A stretch of 32,000 bases of DNA from Candidatus Arthromitus sp. SFB-rat-Yit. Lineage in GTDB: Bacteria; Bacillota; Clostridia; Clostridiales; Clostridiaceae. Position numbers and translations under genes: made by a program. This document shows positions 1 through 9,755 of the stretch, piece after piece. Below the pieces are notes generated by a model. That model did not search any database. It worked only from the letters and a program-made list of their open reading frames with translations, and was not told where the DNA came from. Every line of letters begins with the position of its first letter. Positions within the stretch are counted from its first letter, which is position 1. The DNA lies in the NCBI RefSeq assembly GCF_000283555.1, contig NC_016012.1, positions 120,001-152,000 of the forward strand, in the 5' to 3' direction.

Positions 1-149
1 TAGAGATATATTTTTAATGTGATTATTTTTTGATTTTAAGTAAATTTTATTTTCATAATTGTCGCTTAAATTATTCAAGAATGATCTGTTTACATAGAAT
101 GTCAAGATATGATACCTCTTATAAAATTAATTACAATATTATAATAGTA

Positions 150-180
150 AATAAAAAAAATAAGGTGTTTTAAACACCTT
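150..180 (-). terminator. Rho-independent terminator of the CDF transporter gene
   Basis: Palindrome AAGGTGTTT/AAACACCTT (162-180) overlaps the stop codon. On the minus strand it is followed by a T-run (complement of the A-run at 153-160). Confidence 0.55.
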
Positions 181-1351
181 AATTAAATGTATTATTTTTA
201 AATATTTTGCAATCAAAGTCCTTATATTCATTTAGTACAAGCCGTTTACATTTATCTATGATATCAAAGTCAATTTTATTGTAAAATTCTTTTTTTAATT
301 TAATTTCAAATAAAATAGTATCTCTTCCATTTTCATTTATTATCCTAAAATCTATAATTCTGCTTATCTCAATTACATTTTCCTTAATAATAGATTTAAC
401 TTTATCATATATCTCAAGCGTTTTTTTGTTATATATATCTATTGGGTCTATATGTATAACGAGATGTATCATCATACTTTGTTCAATATCTTTCTCTATA
501 GTATCTATTAGTGAGTGTACATCTACTAGAGTTAAATTAGAGGGTACTTCTGCATGTATGGATGCGATAGTTTTGTTCGGACCATAATTATGGACGATTA
601 GGTCGTGTAATCCTAAAATATTTTCATAGTTTAATATCTTTTTTTTCAGTTCTTTAACAATCTCATCGCTAGGAGCTTCTCCAAGAAGAGAACTCACGGT
701 TTCTTTTATGAGTAAAATTCCAGAATAAATTATAAATATCGATATAATAATTCCGGCATATCCGTCTAAGGATATTTTTGTAAAGTTTGACAATATAAGA
801 GATATGCTTAAAATTGTTGTTGTTAAAGCATCGTAAAATGCATCAACAGATGTTGCCTTAAGTGATTTTGAATTTATTTTTTTAGATATCTTAAGATTTA
901 TAAAAGCGATCCATATTTTTATAAAAATTGAGATTATTAAAATTATAAATAGAATTATGTTAAAATGTGTATTTTCTTTGCTTACTATCTTTTCGATAGA
1001 TGATTTTATAAAAGTAATTCCAATGAATATTACGAGGAATGAAACTATGAGAGATGATATATATTCATACCTACCATGACCTTGAGGATGCTCTTTATCA
1101 GCAGGTTTCATAGAAAATTTGAATGCTATAAGATTTATTATAGATGATGCAGAATCAGAAAGATTGTTAAATGCATCAGCTGTTATTGAAATACTTTTTA
1201 ATATTAATCCTATGAATAATTTTATTAAAAATAAAATTAAGTTTAAAACTATGCTTATTAAGCTACATAAAAGACCATAAGAAGAACGAACTTTTGGATC
1301 TTTAACATTTTGATAATCTTTTATAAATGTTTTAAATAAGAAGTTTAACAT
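179..1351 (-). CDS. Cation diffusion facilitator (CDF) family divalent-metal efflux transporter
   Basis: Same frame as ORF-track 179..1393. It has multiple N-terminal TM helices, the CDF-type motifs ITADAFNNLSDSASS and HPQGHGRYEY, and a C-terminal cytoplasmic domain. I trimmed the start to Met15 (ATG ending at 1351) because AGGAAGG lies 6 nt upstream of it on the minus strand. Confidence 0.85.
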   Translation of the reverse strand: MLNFLFKTFIKDYQNVKDPKVRSSYGLLCSLISIVLNLILFLIKLFIGLILKSISITADAFNNLSDSASSIINLIAFKFSMKPADKEHPQGHGRYEYISSLIVSFLVIFIGITFIKSSIEKIVSKENTHFNIILFIILIISIFIKIWIAFINLKISKKINSKSLKATSVDAFYDALTTTILSISLILSNFTKISLDGYAGIIISIFIIYSGILLIKETVSSLLGEAPSDEIVKELKKKILNYENILGLHDLIVHNYGPNKTIASIHAEVPSNLTLVDVHSLIDTIEKDIEQSMMIHLVIHIDPIDIYNKKTLEIYDKVKSIIKENVIEISRIIDFRIINENGRDTILFEIKLKKEFYNKIDFDIIDKCKRLVLNEYKDFDCKIFKNNTFN

Positions 1352-1422
1352 GTTAGACCTTCCTAAAATTTTATTTATATTAAAGTATAACACTATATAG
1401 ATTTTCCTTAAATAAAAAATTA

Positions 1423-1450
1423 TTGACTAATATTGTTAAGAGAATATAAC
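1423..1450 (+). promoter_or_regulatory. Sigma-A type promoter candidate for lysC-lysA
   Basis: TTGACT (1423-1428), a 16-nt spacer, then TATAAC (1445-1450), about 50 nt upstream of the lysC start. Confidence 0.5.
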
Positions 1451-1498
1451 ATTAAATTAAAAATATTTCTGAAGATGTTATTTTAAGGAGTGTATTGT

Positions 1499-2692
1499 GT
1501 GTCTATAGTTGTACAAAAGTATGGGGGAAGTTCCGTAAGTACGATTGAGAAAATTAAAAATATAGCGAAAAGTATAATAAAACGTGTAGAAAGTGGAAAT
1601 AAAGTTGTTGTTGTTGTTTCTGCTATGGGAGATACTACAGATGATTTGTTTTCTATGGCTAAAGAGATTTGTGAAAATCCAAATAAAAGAGAGTTGGATT
1701 CGCTTTTGTCAACTGGGGAGATAGTTTCTAGTTCTCTTTTAAGTATGGCCATAAATTCATTTGGATATGATGCTATAAGCTTAAATTCATTCCAGATACA
1801 GTTGAAAACTTCTGGGTCACATGGTAAATCATTGATTGAAGATATTAATCATGAAAAGATAGTTGAGCATTTAAATCAAGACAAGATAGTTATTATAGCT
1901 GGGTTTCAAGGTGTAAATGATAAAGGGGATGTAACGACTCTTGGACGTGGGGGGTCAGATACGACTGCAGTAGCACTTGCAGCAAAATTGAAATGTGATT
2001 GTGAAATTTACACGGATGTTGATGGAATATATAGCGTTGATCCTAGAGATTATAAAGATGCAAAAAAAATTCCAGTGATAGATTATGAAGAAATTTTGGA
2101 ATTATCTAGTCTTGGGGCTAAGGTTATGCATTCGAGAAGCGTTGAGCTTGCACAGAAGTATAAAATTAAGGTTTATGTTGGAAGAAGTTTGGGTGATATG
2201 AATGGAACTTATATAATGGAGGTTAAAAATATGGATATGGAGATTAAACCCGTAACAGGAATTGCAACAAGTGATGAAGACATAGCATTGAGTATAAAGA
2301 ATATGAACAATGATATTAATTTGATTTCATCTATTTTTAATGAAGTTGGACTCAAAAATATAAATGTGGATATGATAAGTCAAACAACCCCTATTAATTC
2401 CAAGGTGAATTTATCTTTTACAATTCCAAGTGAAGATTTATTTGAGTGCAGAGAGGTTTTGAGTAAATATGTGAATGATATAACAATAGATGAAGGAATT
2501 TGTAAATTTTCTGTTGTAGGTATTGGAATGAGATCAACATCTGGAGTTGCAGCTAGATTATTTAAGATATTTAGTGAAAATGATATAGAAATAAAAATGA
2601 TAACTACATCTGAGATTAGAATAACATGTGCAATAAATAAGAAAGATAAACTTAGGGCTATTAGTTTTGTAGCAAAAGAATTTAATTTATAA
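1499..2692 (+). CDS. lysC: Aspartate kinase (monofunctional, with C-terminal ACT repeats)
   Basis: Carries the aspartokinase motifs IVVQKYGGSSV, VVVVSAMGDTTD and GRGGSDTTA, plus a C-terminal regulatory (ACT-like) half. I place the start at GTG 1499, 8 nt after AAGGAG (1485-1490). The track start at 1490 overlaps that SD. Confidence 0.9.
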   Translation: MSIVVQKYGGSSVSTIEKIKNIAKSIIKRVESGNKVVVVVSAMGDTTDDLFSMAKEICENPNKRELDSLLSTGEIVSSSLLSMAINSFGYDAISLNSFQIQLKTSGSHGKSLIEDINHEKIVEHLNQDKIVIIAGFQGVNDKGDVTTLGRGGSDTTAVALAAKLKCDCEIYTDVDGIYSVDPRDYKDAKKIPVIDYEEILELSSLGAKVMHSRSVELAQKYKIKVYVGRSLGDMNGTYIMEVKNMDMEIKPVTGIATSDEDIALSIKNMNNDINLISSIFNEVGLKNINVDMISQTTPINSKVNLSFTIPSEDLFECREVLSKYVNDITIDEGICKFSVVGIGMRSTSGVAARLFKIFSENDIEIKMITTSEIRITCAINKKDKLRAISFVAKEFNL

Positions 2693-2706
2693 GGTTGGGA
2701 TAATAA

Positions 2707-3987
2707 GTGAAGTTGCATGGTTCTCTAAATATAATAGGGAATGATCTTTATATAGGGGATATAAAGATTTCTGATATATCAAATAAGTTTGGTACTCCTT
2801 GCTACATAATGGATGAGAACTTAATAAGAGATAATATAAATAGGTTTAAAAAATCTATTGGAGAAGGCAATAGGGTTGTTTATGCTGGAAAAACTTTTTT
2901 AAATACTCATATGGTAAATATATTAAAAGATGAGAACGTAGGGCTTGATGTTGTTTCTGATGGTGAACTCTATATAGCATTTAATTGTGGATTTGATATG
3001 AAAAACATTATTTTTCATGGGAATAATAAAAGTTATGATGAAATTAAAATGGGAGTTGAATTTGGAGTTGGAAGATTTGTTTGTGATTCAGAAGATGAAA
3101 TTTTAGAAATTTACAAAGTTTCAAAAAAGTTAAATAAGAAAAGCAAAGTATTTTTAAGGATAAATCCAGGGATAGATGCACATACGCATGATTATATAAA
3201 GACAGCTTGCATAGATTCAAAATTCGGTATATACAAAGATGTAGATAAAATATTAGAAATACTAAACAAGTATAACGGGTGTGAAAATTTAGAAATAGTT
3301 GGATTTCACTGTCATATAGGATCACAGATATTTTCAAAAGATGCATATATAGATGAAGTAGATGAAATATTTGGTTTGATGAATGAAATGAAAGTATATG
3401 GATTTGAATTTAGAGAGGTAAATTTAGGTGGAGGATTTGGAATTTATTATACAAAAGAAGATTCTCCAATTGGAATTGAGGATATTGTGAAAATTATTTT
3501 AAATAGGGTTTATTATAATTCTAATAAATTTAATTTAATTATTCCGAGAGTTTACATAGAACCAGGTAGAAGTATAACAGGAAATGCAGGAACGACTATA
3601 TATAAGGTTGGAATTGTAAAGGAAATCGAAGGAGTTAGAAATTATGTATCTGTGGATGGTGGAATGACAGATAACATAAGAAATGCACTTTATAATGCAA
3701 ATTATGAATGTATAATTGCAAATAAAGCTTCCGGGAGTAGAGATTATAGAGCGAGAATAAGTGGGAAATGCTGTGAATCTGGAGATGTTTTAATAAATGA
3801 TACTCTTATACAAATTCCTGAGAAAGGAGATATTCTAGCTATTTTTTCAACAGGGGCTTATTGTCACTCTATGAGTAGTAATTATAATAAAATAACGAGA
3901 GCGCCAGTTGTATTTTTTTATAATAATGAAGTGACTCTCAGGAGTAGGAGAGAAAGTCTTTCTGATTTAATAAGATTAGATATTTAA
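2707..3987 (+). CDS. lysA: Diaminopimelate decarboxylase
   Basis: Has the PLP-dependent decarboxylase motifs VYAGKTF (PLP lysine), HCHIGSQ, LGGGFGI, EPGRS and CESGD. It starts at GTG and lies 15 nt downstream of lysC. Confidence 0.9.
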   Translation: MKLHGSLNIIGNDLYIGDIKISDISNKFGTPCYIMDENLIRDNINRFKKSIGEGNRVVYAGKTFLNTHMVNILKDENVGLDVVSDGELYIAFNCGFDMKNIIFHGNNKSYDEIKMGVEFGVGRFVCDSEDEILEIYKVSKKLNKKSKVFLRINPGIDAHTHDYIKTACIDSKFGIYKDVDKILEILNKYNGCENLEIVGFHCHIGSQIFSKDAYIDEVDEIFGLMNEMKVYGFEFREVNLGGGFGIYYTKEDSPIGIEDIVKIILNRVYYNSNKFNLIIPRVYIEPGRSITGNAGTTIYKVGIVKEIEGVRNYVSVDGGMTDNIRNALYNANYECIIANKASGSRDYRARISGKCCESGDVLINDTLIQIPEKGDILAIFSTGAYCHSMSSNYNKITRAPVVFFYNNEVTLRSRRESLSDLIRLDI

Positions 3988-4054
3988 ATGAATAATTTTA
4001 CTATATTTTCAAATAATAGAATAAGGTTTTAAAATTATTTTTTAAGGAGAAAAA

Positions 4055-5194
4055 ATGATTAAACTTATTATATTTGATGAGGCTAGCGAGATAGTAAATA
4101 TAGAGAAGTTTTTAAGAGATGATGTATGTGTTGTTGGTTATTTAAAGAGTGATACGAGTTATTTTGATGAGTGTATAAATGGTATTAAAATTTATAATTT
4201 AAATGATTTACCTAATATTTTATCAGAGCTTGAGTTTGATTATATTTTGGTAAATAGCAGGAGATATAGCGTAATTTATGATAAGATAAGGGAGATGAAT
4301 ATTAATCCAGGATGCATATTAGATGTATCATTCTTTTTTTATGATTTAATAAGTAGTGAGATTAAAGATAAGCTTTCATATTTTAAAAGAGTAGAGAGTT
4401 TAAATTTTGATATTGTATTTATGGGGAGAAATTATATAAAAGATAGGTTTATTTATGATCAATTTAATAATTGTATGAATATGTCTAATATTTTTTCAGA
4501 TGTGCATTATGATTATCATCTTTTATACTCTCTTATAAAAAGTAACAAAATACATAACTATACTAAGATAGGGATTTTTACGAATTATTCTATGATTTAT
4601 GAAAATATAGACTTAAAGGATGATAAATACGATTTTATTAAAATATTTGAGGATATATTTTCTGTACATAATAGTGTGAGTACGAGAAATACTTTTTCAG
4701 CTTTTTGTTATAAAAATTTTAAAAATAATATGATCAAGGTATTTAAAAAATTTAATTTAGATGATATTGTATTTGGTGATAATTTTGATATATCTTTTTT
4801 TGAAGATGAAAAGATTAAGTACGAAACTCAAATAGAAACTATAAATCATAAAGAAGCTAGTATTATAGCATTTAAGATGAATAAGAACATAATAACTCAA
4901 ACCATAAAGATACTTAAGGATCGTGGCATAGATGTATTTTTTATAGTACCTCCAGTACATAGATTGTATAGAACGTATATAAATAAAACTCTCCAAAAAG
5001 AATTTTATATGATTTTAAATAAAAGTTTAAATGATAAGTTATGTATATTAGATTATTTTGATAGAGAATTTGATGATAGTTATTTTTCTTCACCATGTAA
5101 TTTAAATTATAATGGATGTAGAGAATTTTTAAAAATTCTAAGAAAAGATATGAATAATAAATTTTTAGATATTACGGTTTGTAATAATTTATAG
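4055..5194 (+). CDS. Hypothetical protein (379 aa; N-terminal Rossmann-like segment, no family recognised)
   Basis: Long ORF preceded by AAGGAGA 6 nt upstream of the ATG. The N-terminus MIKLIIFDEA...VVGYL...DYILVNS looks like a small nucleotide-binding or CoA-binding-type fold. The remainder is unrecognised. Confidence 0.6.
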   Translation: MIKLIIFDEASEIVNIEKFLRDDVCVVGYLKSDTSYFDECINGIKIYNLNDLPNILSELEFDYILVNSRRYSVIYDKIREMNINPGCILDVSFFFYDLISSEIKDKLSYFKRVESLNFDIVFMGRNYIKDRFIYDQFNNCMNMSNIFSDVHYDYHLLYSLIKSNKIHNYTKIGIFTNYSMIYENIDLKDDKYDFIKIFEDIFSVHNSVSTRNTFSAFCYKNFKNNMIKVFKKFNLDDIVFGDNFDISFFEDEKIKYETQIETINHKEASIIAFKMNKNIITQTIKILKDRGIDVFFIVPPVHRLYRTYINKTLQKEFYMILNKSLNDKLCILDYFDREFDDSYFSSPCNLNYNGCREFLKILRKDMNNKFLDITVCNNL

Positions 5195-5217
5195 TCGTTT
5201 GAAGAGGAAGAGAAATT

Positions 5218-6501
5218 ATGAAAAATAAAATTATGGAGAGATCAATTGATTTATGTAACTTTCTAGATATAAGTGGTGTTAGCGTTTATCATGCTACTCA
5301 AAATATATGCAATAGGTTATTGGAAGCTGGTTTTGAGGAAGTTTTATATGGGGATAATTGGAAATGGAAAGAAAAAGGATTTATTAGGTTTAATAATTCG
5401 GCTGTATTTGCTTTTTTATTAAATAAAGAGAGAATAAAAGATGGAATTAAGTTTATATTATCTCATTTAGATTCCCCTTCTCTTAAGATAAAGACGGGAA
5501 GTGACATTTTAAATAGAGAGGGTATTTTATATTTAAATGTGGAAGTGTATGGTGGTGCTATATTAAATACTTGGCTTGATAGAGGATTATCTATTGCGGG
5601 TAGAGTTTTTATAAAGAGCGAAGATCATAAATTTAAGGAAGTTATGATCGATTTTAAGGATGATATAGCATTTATACCTAATTGTCCAATTCATTTAAAT
5701 AGAGATATAAACTCAGGGTTTTCATTAAATAAGCAAACTCATATGCTTCCTATAGTTCTTACTAATTATTCGTGTGATGGTGCATCTTTAAGAGGTATGA
5801 TATCTTCATATTTAGGAGTATGTAAAGATGATATTTTAGATTTTGATCTATATTTATACGATACTCAAAAAGCAAGCATAATTGGTTTTAATAAGGAATT
5901 TATACAGAGCAAGAAAATAGATGATTTAGCTATGAGTGAGGCTAGTTTATATGCATTTATAAATTCTGGGGATTCCACAAATAAGTTTATTTGTATGTTT
6001 GATGGAGAGGAAATAGGAAGTTCCATGATCGAAGGGGCGTACTCGAATACGTTATTAAATATATTAAACAGGTTATATGAATCTATGGATATATCGAATG
6101 AGGATAAACTCATATCACTTAACAATAGTTTTGTGATTTCTGCAGACATGGCTCATGCATATAATTCGAGTTATAATGAAAAGTTTGATGAAAATAATAA
6201 GTGTGTTATAAATAAAGGAATAGTTATAAAGAGTAACTCAAACAGGAGTTATGTTACAACGGGAGAGAGCTCATCTTATATAAAATCTCTATGCAATAAA
6301 ATTAAAATACCTTATCAGGTATATTATAATAGGTCGGATATACAAGGAGGATCAACGCTTGGTCCAATAGTTACAAAGTATTTATCTATAAAAGGTGTTG
6401 ATATAGGAAATCCCATGTTTGCTATGCATTCTTGTAGAGAAACTTCTGGGGTTAGTGATCATTATTATATCTGCGAATTGTTTATGGAATATTTTAAATA
6501 A
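5218..6501 (+). CDS. M18 family (aspartyl) aminopeptidase
   Basis: Shows SHLDSPSLKIK, DGEEIGS, ADMAHA, GGSTLGP and FAMHSCRE, which are typical M18 peptidase blocks. Confidence 0.85.
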   Translation: MKNKIMERSIDLCNFLDISGVSVYHATQNICNRLLEAGFEEVLYGDNWKWKEKGFIRFNNSAVFAFLLNKERIKDGIKFILSHLDSPSLKIKTGSDILNREGILYLNVEVYGGAILNTWLDRGLSIAGRVFIKSEDHKFKEVMIDFKDDIAFIPNCPIHLNRDINSGFSLNKQTHMLPIVLTNYSCDGASLRGMISSYLGVCKDDILDFDLYLYDTQKASIIGFNKEFIQSKKIDDLAMSEASLYAFINSGDSTNKFICMFDGEEIGSSMIEGAYSNTLLNILNRLYESMDISNEDKLISLNNSFVISADMAHAYNSSYNEKFDENNKCVINKGIVIKSNSNRSYVTTGESSSYIKSLCNKIKIPYQVYYNRSDIQGGSTLGPIVTKYLSIKGVDIGNPMFAMHSCRETSGVSDHYYICELFMEYFK

Positions 6502-6531
6502 AAGAGGGGCTTATTGCCCCTCTTTTATTTT
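6501..6531. terminator. Bidirectional Rho-independent terminator (M18 peptidase / ispF)
   Basis: Stem AAAGAGGGGC / GCCCCTCTTT with loop TTATT, flanked by an A-run upstream and a T-run downstream. The last ispF codons (KEGQ*) are encoded inside the stem. Confidence 0.75.
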
Positions 6532-6996
6532 ATTTAAAAGACATACAGCTTGACACGCAATACCTTTTTCTTTCCCCGTGAAACCTAATCTTTCTTCAGT
6601 TGTTGCTTTTATTGAGATTTTTGAAATTTCTATTTCAAGTACTTCAGATAAAGTTTTTCTCATTTTGTATATGTAAGGACTTATTTTTGGTCTTTGACAA
6701 ATTATTATGCTATCTATATTTGATATTTCATATTTTTCATTTTTCATAAGTTCTCGTGTTTTTCTAAGTAATTCAAGAGAGCTTATATTTTTAAATTCAT
6801 CATTTGTATCTGGAAAATATGTTCCTATATCGTAAAGTCCACATGCACCAAGTATTGAGTCTATTATAGCGTGAATTAAACAATCTCCATCGGAATGAGC
6901 TACAAGACCTTTTTCGTGAGGTATATTAACCCCCCCTAAAATAAGGTCACAATCATAATCTAATTTATGTACATCATATCCAATACCTATTCTCAA
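6511..6996 (-). CDS. ispF: 2-C-methyl-D-erythritol 2,4-cyclodiphosphate synthase
   Basis: MRIGIGYDVHKL, AHSDGD and the FTGKEKGIA-type C-terminus are canonical IspF features. The size (161 aa) is typical. Confidence 0.95.
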   Translation of the reverse strand: MRIGIGYDVHKLDYDCDLILGGVNIPHEKGLVAHSDGDCLIHAIIDSILGACGLYDIGTYFPDTNDEFKNISSLELLRKTRELMKNEKYEISNIDSIIICQRPKISPYIYKMRKTLSEVLEIEISKISIKATTEERLGFTGKEKGIACQAVCLLNKIKEGQ

Positions 6997-7008
6997 AGCT
7001 ATTCCCCC

Positions 7009-7740
7009 TTAAATTCCTATCAATTCAAATAGTTTATTTAGTTCATCATTTGTTAAATGTCTGTATTTTCCAATCTTTAAATCCCCTAGTTTAATATTTA
7101 AAATTCTAGTTCTCTTTAAATATGAAACTTTATAATCAAGTGATTCGCACATACGTCTGATTTGTCTATTAAGCCCTTGAGTTAATATTATCCTAAATGT
7201 AAATTCATTTAATTTCCATATTTTACAAGGTTTAGTTATTTGGTTTAATATTTTTATGCCGGATCTCATTTTTGATAGGAAATCTTCGGTAATTTCTTTA
7301 TTTACACGGACTAGATATTCTTTTTCATGATTGTTTTCTGATCTCAAAATTTTGTTTACAATATCCCCATTGTTTGTAAGAAGTATTAACCCATGAGAGT
7401 TTTTATCAAGCCTTCCTATTGGGAAAATTCTTTTTGGATAATTTATAAAGTCTATTATATTTGACTTATCTTTCCTATAAGTTGTTGAAGTTATACCAAG
7501 AGGCTTATTAAAAGCAATATATACAAAATCAACTTGGCTTTCAATTTCTTTTAGCTTCGAATTTTCTTTTATGTATATCTTATCATATGAGTTAACAATT
7601 GATCCAAGTGTTGCAGGGTGGTTATTTATAAAAACTTTATTTTGTTTAATGAGTTCATCAGCGACTCTTCTTGAACAATATCCATACTTAGATAAAAATT
7701 TATTAATTCTTAGTTTTTCTTGATTTAAAATTTTATCCAC
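7009..7740 (-). CDS. rluF: 23S rRNA pseudouridine synthase, RluF-like (S4 domain + RsuA/RluF catalytic domain)
   Basis: RINKFLSKYGYCSRRVADELI (S4 domain), the catalytic block FPIGRLDKNSHGLILLTN, NHEKEYLVRV, and GLNRQIRRMCE. By recollection it is collinear with E. coli RluF. Confidence 0.85.
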   Translation of the reverse strand: MDKILNQEKLRINKFLSKYGYCSRRVADELIKQNKVFINNHPATLGSIVNSYDKIYIKENSKLKEIESQVDFVYIAFNKPLGITSTTYRKDKSNIIDFINYPKRIFPIGRLDKNSHGLILLTNNGDIVNKILRSENNHEKEYLVRVNKEITEDFLSKMRSGIKILNQITKPCKIWKLNEFTFRIILTQGLNRQIRRMCESLDYKVSYLKRTRILNIKLGDLKIGKYRHLTNDELNKLFELIGI

Positions 7741-7788
7741 ATCTAAACTCCTTAAAAAACACTAAGCCTATTTTATCATAGAATATTA

Positions 7789-8748
7789 TTAAGTACTATT
7801 TATTTTTATTAAATTTCCAGAGTTATTTATAATAATGTTTAATGGTATATCTTTTAGTGATTCTTTTAACTTAATAAAGTATTTTGAGTGTAGAGGAGGA
7901 CCTATTATATATATTTTTACTTCTTCTCCTGGTTTTAATATTTTGTTCTCTATACCGTAATTTATAAATGATGGAATAGAGTGATTTATTTTTTTAATTA
8001 TTTGTTTATTTTGTTTGATCATTTTTTGTGCTGATTTTGTTTTGGGCATATAAGAGAGTATATAACCGTTATAATTCATTTTCATATGCATTGTTAAATT
8101 CATTTCCATGATGATATAGTTATTTGGGATATTAAATATCATGAAATATGTAATTATTAATGAAAATACGATTAAATAGATTTTATATTTAAAACTTAAT
8201 GAGAATCTATTTTTGTTTTTGTAAATAAATAGTTCTCCCTTTTTATGTTTAATTTTCCTTTTGACAAAAATATTTAAATGTTCATCTAAGATTACAGAAT
8301 GTTTTTGATTTTTTTCAATGATAATGCTTAAACATTCTCTGTTTTCATCTACCATTGAAAGCTTTGAATTATTGAATAAATAAAATGATAGGTGTGAGCA
8401 ACTTTTATCAGTAAAAAGAATTACATAGAGCTTTATAAGTTCTATATTTTTTTTGTATATATAAAGATTGTGTTTGTTTGATGTATTTTCTTTTATTATC
8501 TTAAATAATATGGAGTTATTTATTTTATATATTTTGTTATTCTTTAAATATATTGATATATTTTTAGATAGTATTAAGCATTTACATTTTTCTAAGGATG
8601 ATATATTATTTAAGTTATTAAAATCTATATTTTTTAGATATATACTTTGACTTAAGAATGCATAGAGATCTTTTAAAATGTTATATTTTGGGTTGTATTT
8701 ATTCAAATTAATAATATCATTCATAAAACTATCCTCTATGGTAAACAA
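7789..8748 (-). CDS. Single-pass membrane protein with an internal RsgI_N-like (anti-sigma-factor N-terminal) segment
   Basis: The segment ECLSIIIEKNQKHSVILDEHLNIFVKRKIKHKKGELF resembles the RsgI N-terminal domain. It is followed by a TM helix (IYLIVFSLIITYFMIF) and an extracytoplasmic tail. About 130 unassigned residues precede it. Confidence 0.35.
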   Translation of the reverse strand: MFTIEDSFMNDIINLNKYNPKYNILKDLYAFLSQSIYLKNIDFNNLNNISSLEKCKCLILSKNISIYLKNNKIYKINNSILFKIIKENTSNKHNLYIYKKNIELIKLYVILFTDKSCSHLSFYLFNNSKLSMVDENRECLSIIIEKNQKHSVILDEHLNIFVKRKIKHKKGELFIYKNKNRFSLSFKYKIYLIVFSLIITYFMIFNIPNNYIIMEMNLTMHMKMNYNGYILSYMPKTKSAQKMIKQNKQIIKKINHSIPSFINYGIENKILKPGEEVKIYIIGPPLHSKYFIKLKESLKDIPLNIIINNSGNLIKINST

Positions 8749-8978
8749 ATCTACCAGATGTTTAAAAATTTTAATATAATTCCATTATTAAGGATTATTT
8801 TTCTATATAAAATAGTTTTTTATACCATTTAATAATGATTAAAAAGATAAATAAATATTAAAGATTTTGTTTATTATAATTAATATTAGTCAAAAATAGA
8901 TATAAAGCATTTAATTTTTGGGGTTATTATAAATAGCTATTTAAGTTTTGGAAATTTTTCAAAAGGAGGAGAAATGGT

Positions 8979-9731
8979 TTGGAAAGTAAGAGTTTAAAAA
9001 GAAATGTGCTTTTAATCATAGGAAGTGTATTGTTATTTTTGATATTGAGTTTTTCACAGGATATTGTTCAAGCTATAAAATTTAATAGTGATAATATAAA
9101 CGTAAAAACTTTGGAGATCAAAGAGGATTTAAATGGGATTAATTTTGATTTAAAGTATCCAGAAATTGAGTATGCAGATAAGTCTGTGAAAGATAAGATA
9201 AATACATCCTTAAAGGATCAAATTTTGGAGTTTAAACAGTATATAGAAGATATATATAAAGAATTTATTTCATCTGTGCCTAAGGAATTAGTGGAGAATT
9301 CTTTATCTTCAAAATTTATTGGGATGTCTGATTTTGAATATGAAATTGTAGATTGTATTTTATCTGTAAGACTTAATTTAATACAATTTACTGGTGGAGC
9401 CCATCCTATGACTTATAGAAGAGATTTTAATTTTGATCTAAGGACTGGAAATGTTTTGAAATTTGGAGATCTTTTTAATGAAGAAGGTAAGAAGACATAT
9501 AAAGATAAGGTTGATTCGTTTATTAAAAATATTATAAATAATAATCCAGATGATTATTTTCCAAATGAATTTAAAGGTATTGGGGATAATGTTCAATATT
9601 ATTTAACCAAAGATAATATTGTGATATTTTATCAATTGTATGAATTAGCACCATATTCTTCAGGTATACCTGAATTTAAAATACCTTATAGTTTATTTGA
9701 GGGTGATATAAAAATAAATCCTTCGAATTAG
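8979..9731 (+). CDS. DUF4163/DUF3298 domain protein (RsiV / PdaC C-terminal-like), membrane-anchored or secreted
   Basis: TTG start 7 nt after GGAGGAG. The N-terminus has a signal/anchor sequence (LLIIGSVLLFLILSF). YPEIEY...KDKINTSLKDQI matches DUF4163 and FTGGAHPMTYRRDFNFDLRTGNVLKFGDLF matches DUF3298. Confidence 0.75.
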   Translation: MESKSLKRNVLLIIGSVLLFLILSFSQDIVQAIKFNSDNINVKTLEIKEDLNGINFDLKYPEIEYADKSVKDKINTSLKDQILEFKQYIEDIYKEFISSVPKELVENSLSSKFIGMSDFEYEIVDCILSVRLNLIQFTGGAHPMTYRRDFNFDLRTGNVLKFGDLFNEEGKKTYKDKVDSFIKNIINNNPDDYFPNEFKGIGDNVQYYLTKDNIVIFYQLYELAPYSSGIPEFKIPYSLFEGDIKINPSN

Positions 9732-9755
9732 TAAGTAAATATTAGAGGTGAACAA

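Noticed and set aside
1-178. A partial gene at the left edge of the window.
   Set aside because: No open frame with a start and SD runs off the edge. The only minus-strand ATG (54-56) gives a 6-codon peptide.
179-1393. Longest-ORF starts for 179..1393, 21606..22112 and 27046..27984.
   Set aside because: In each case an internal Met with a good SD fits better (1351, 22028 and 27079). The 5' extensions would run into a promoter or terminator region (the rRNA promoter at 22106-22135 and the rRNA terminator at 27017-27048).
1394-1498. Lysine riboswitch (L-box) upstream of lysC.
   Set aside because: Only about 50 nt lie between the predicted promoter and the SD, which is far too short for an L-box. 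I also saw none of its conserved helices or motifs.
8974-8997. ATG at 8974 as the start of the DUF3298 gene.
   Set aside because: That frame stops after 7 codons (MVWKVRV*). The long ORF is in the frame of TTG 8979, which is also correctly spaced from GGAGGAG.
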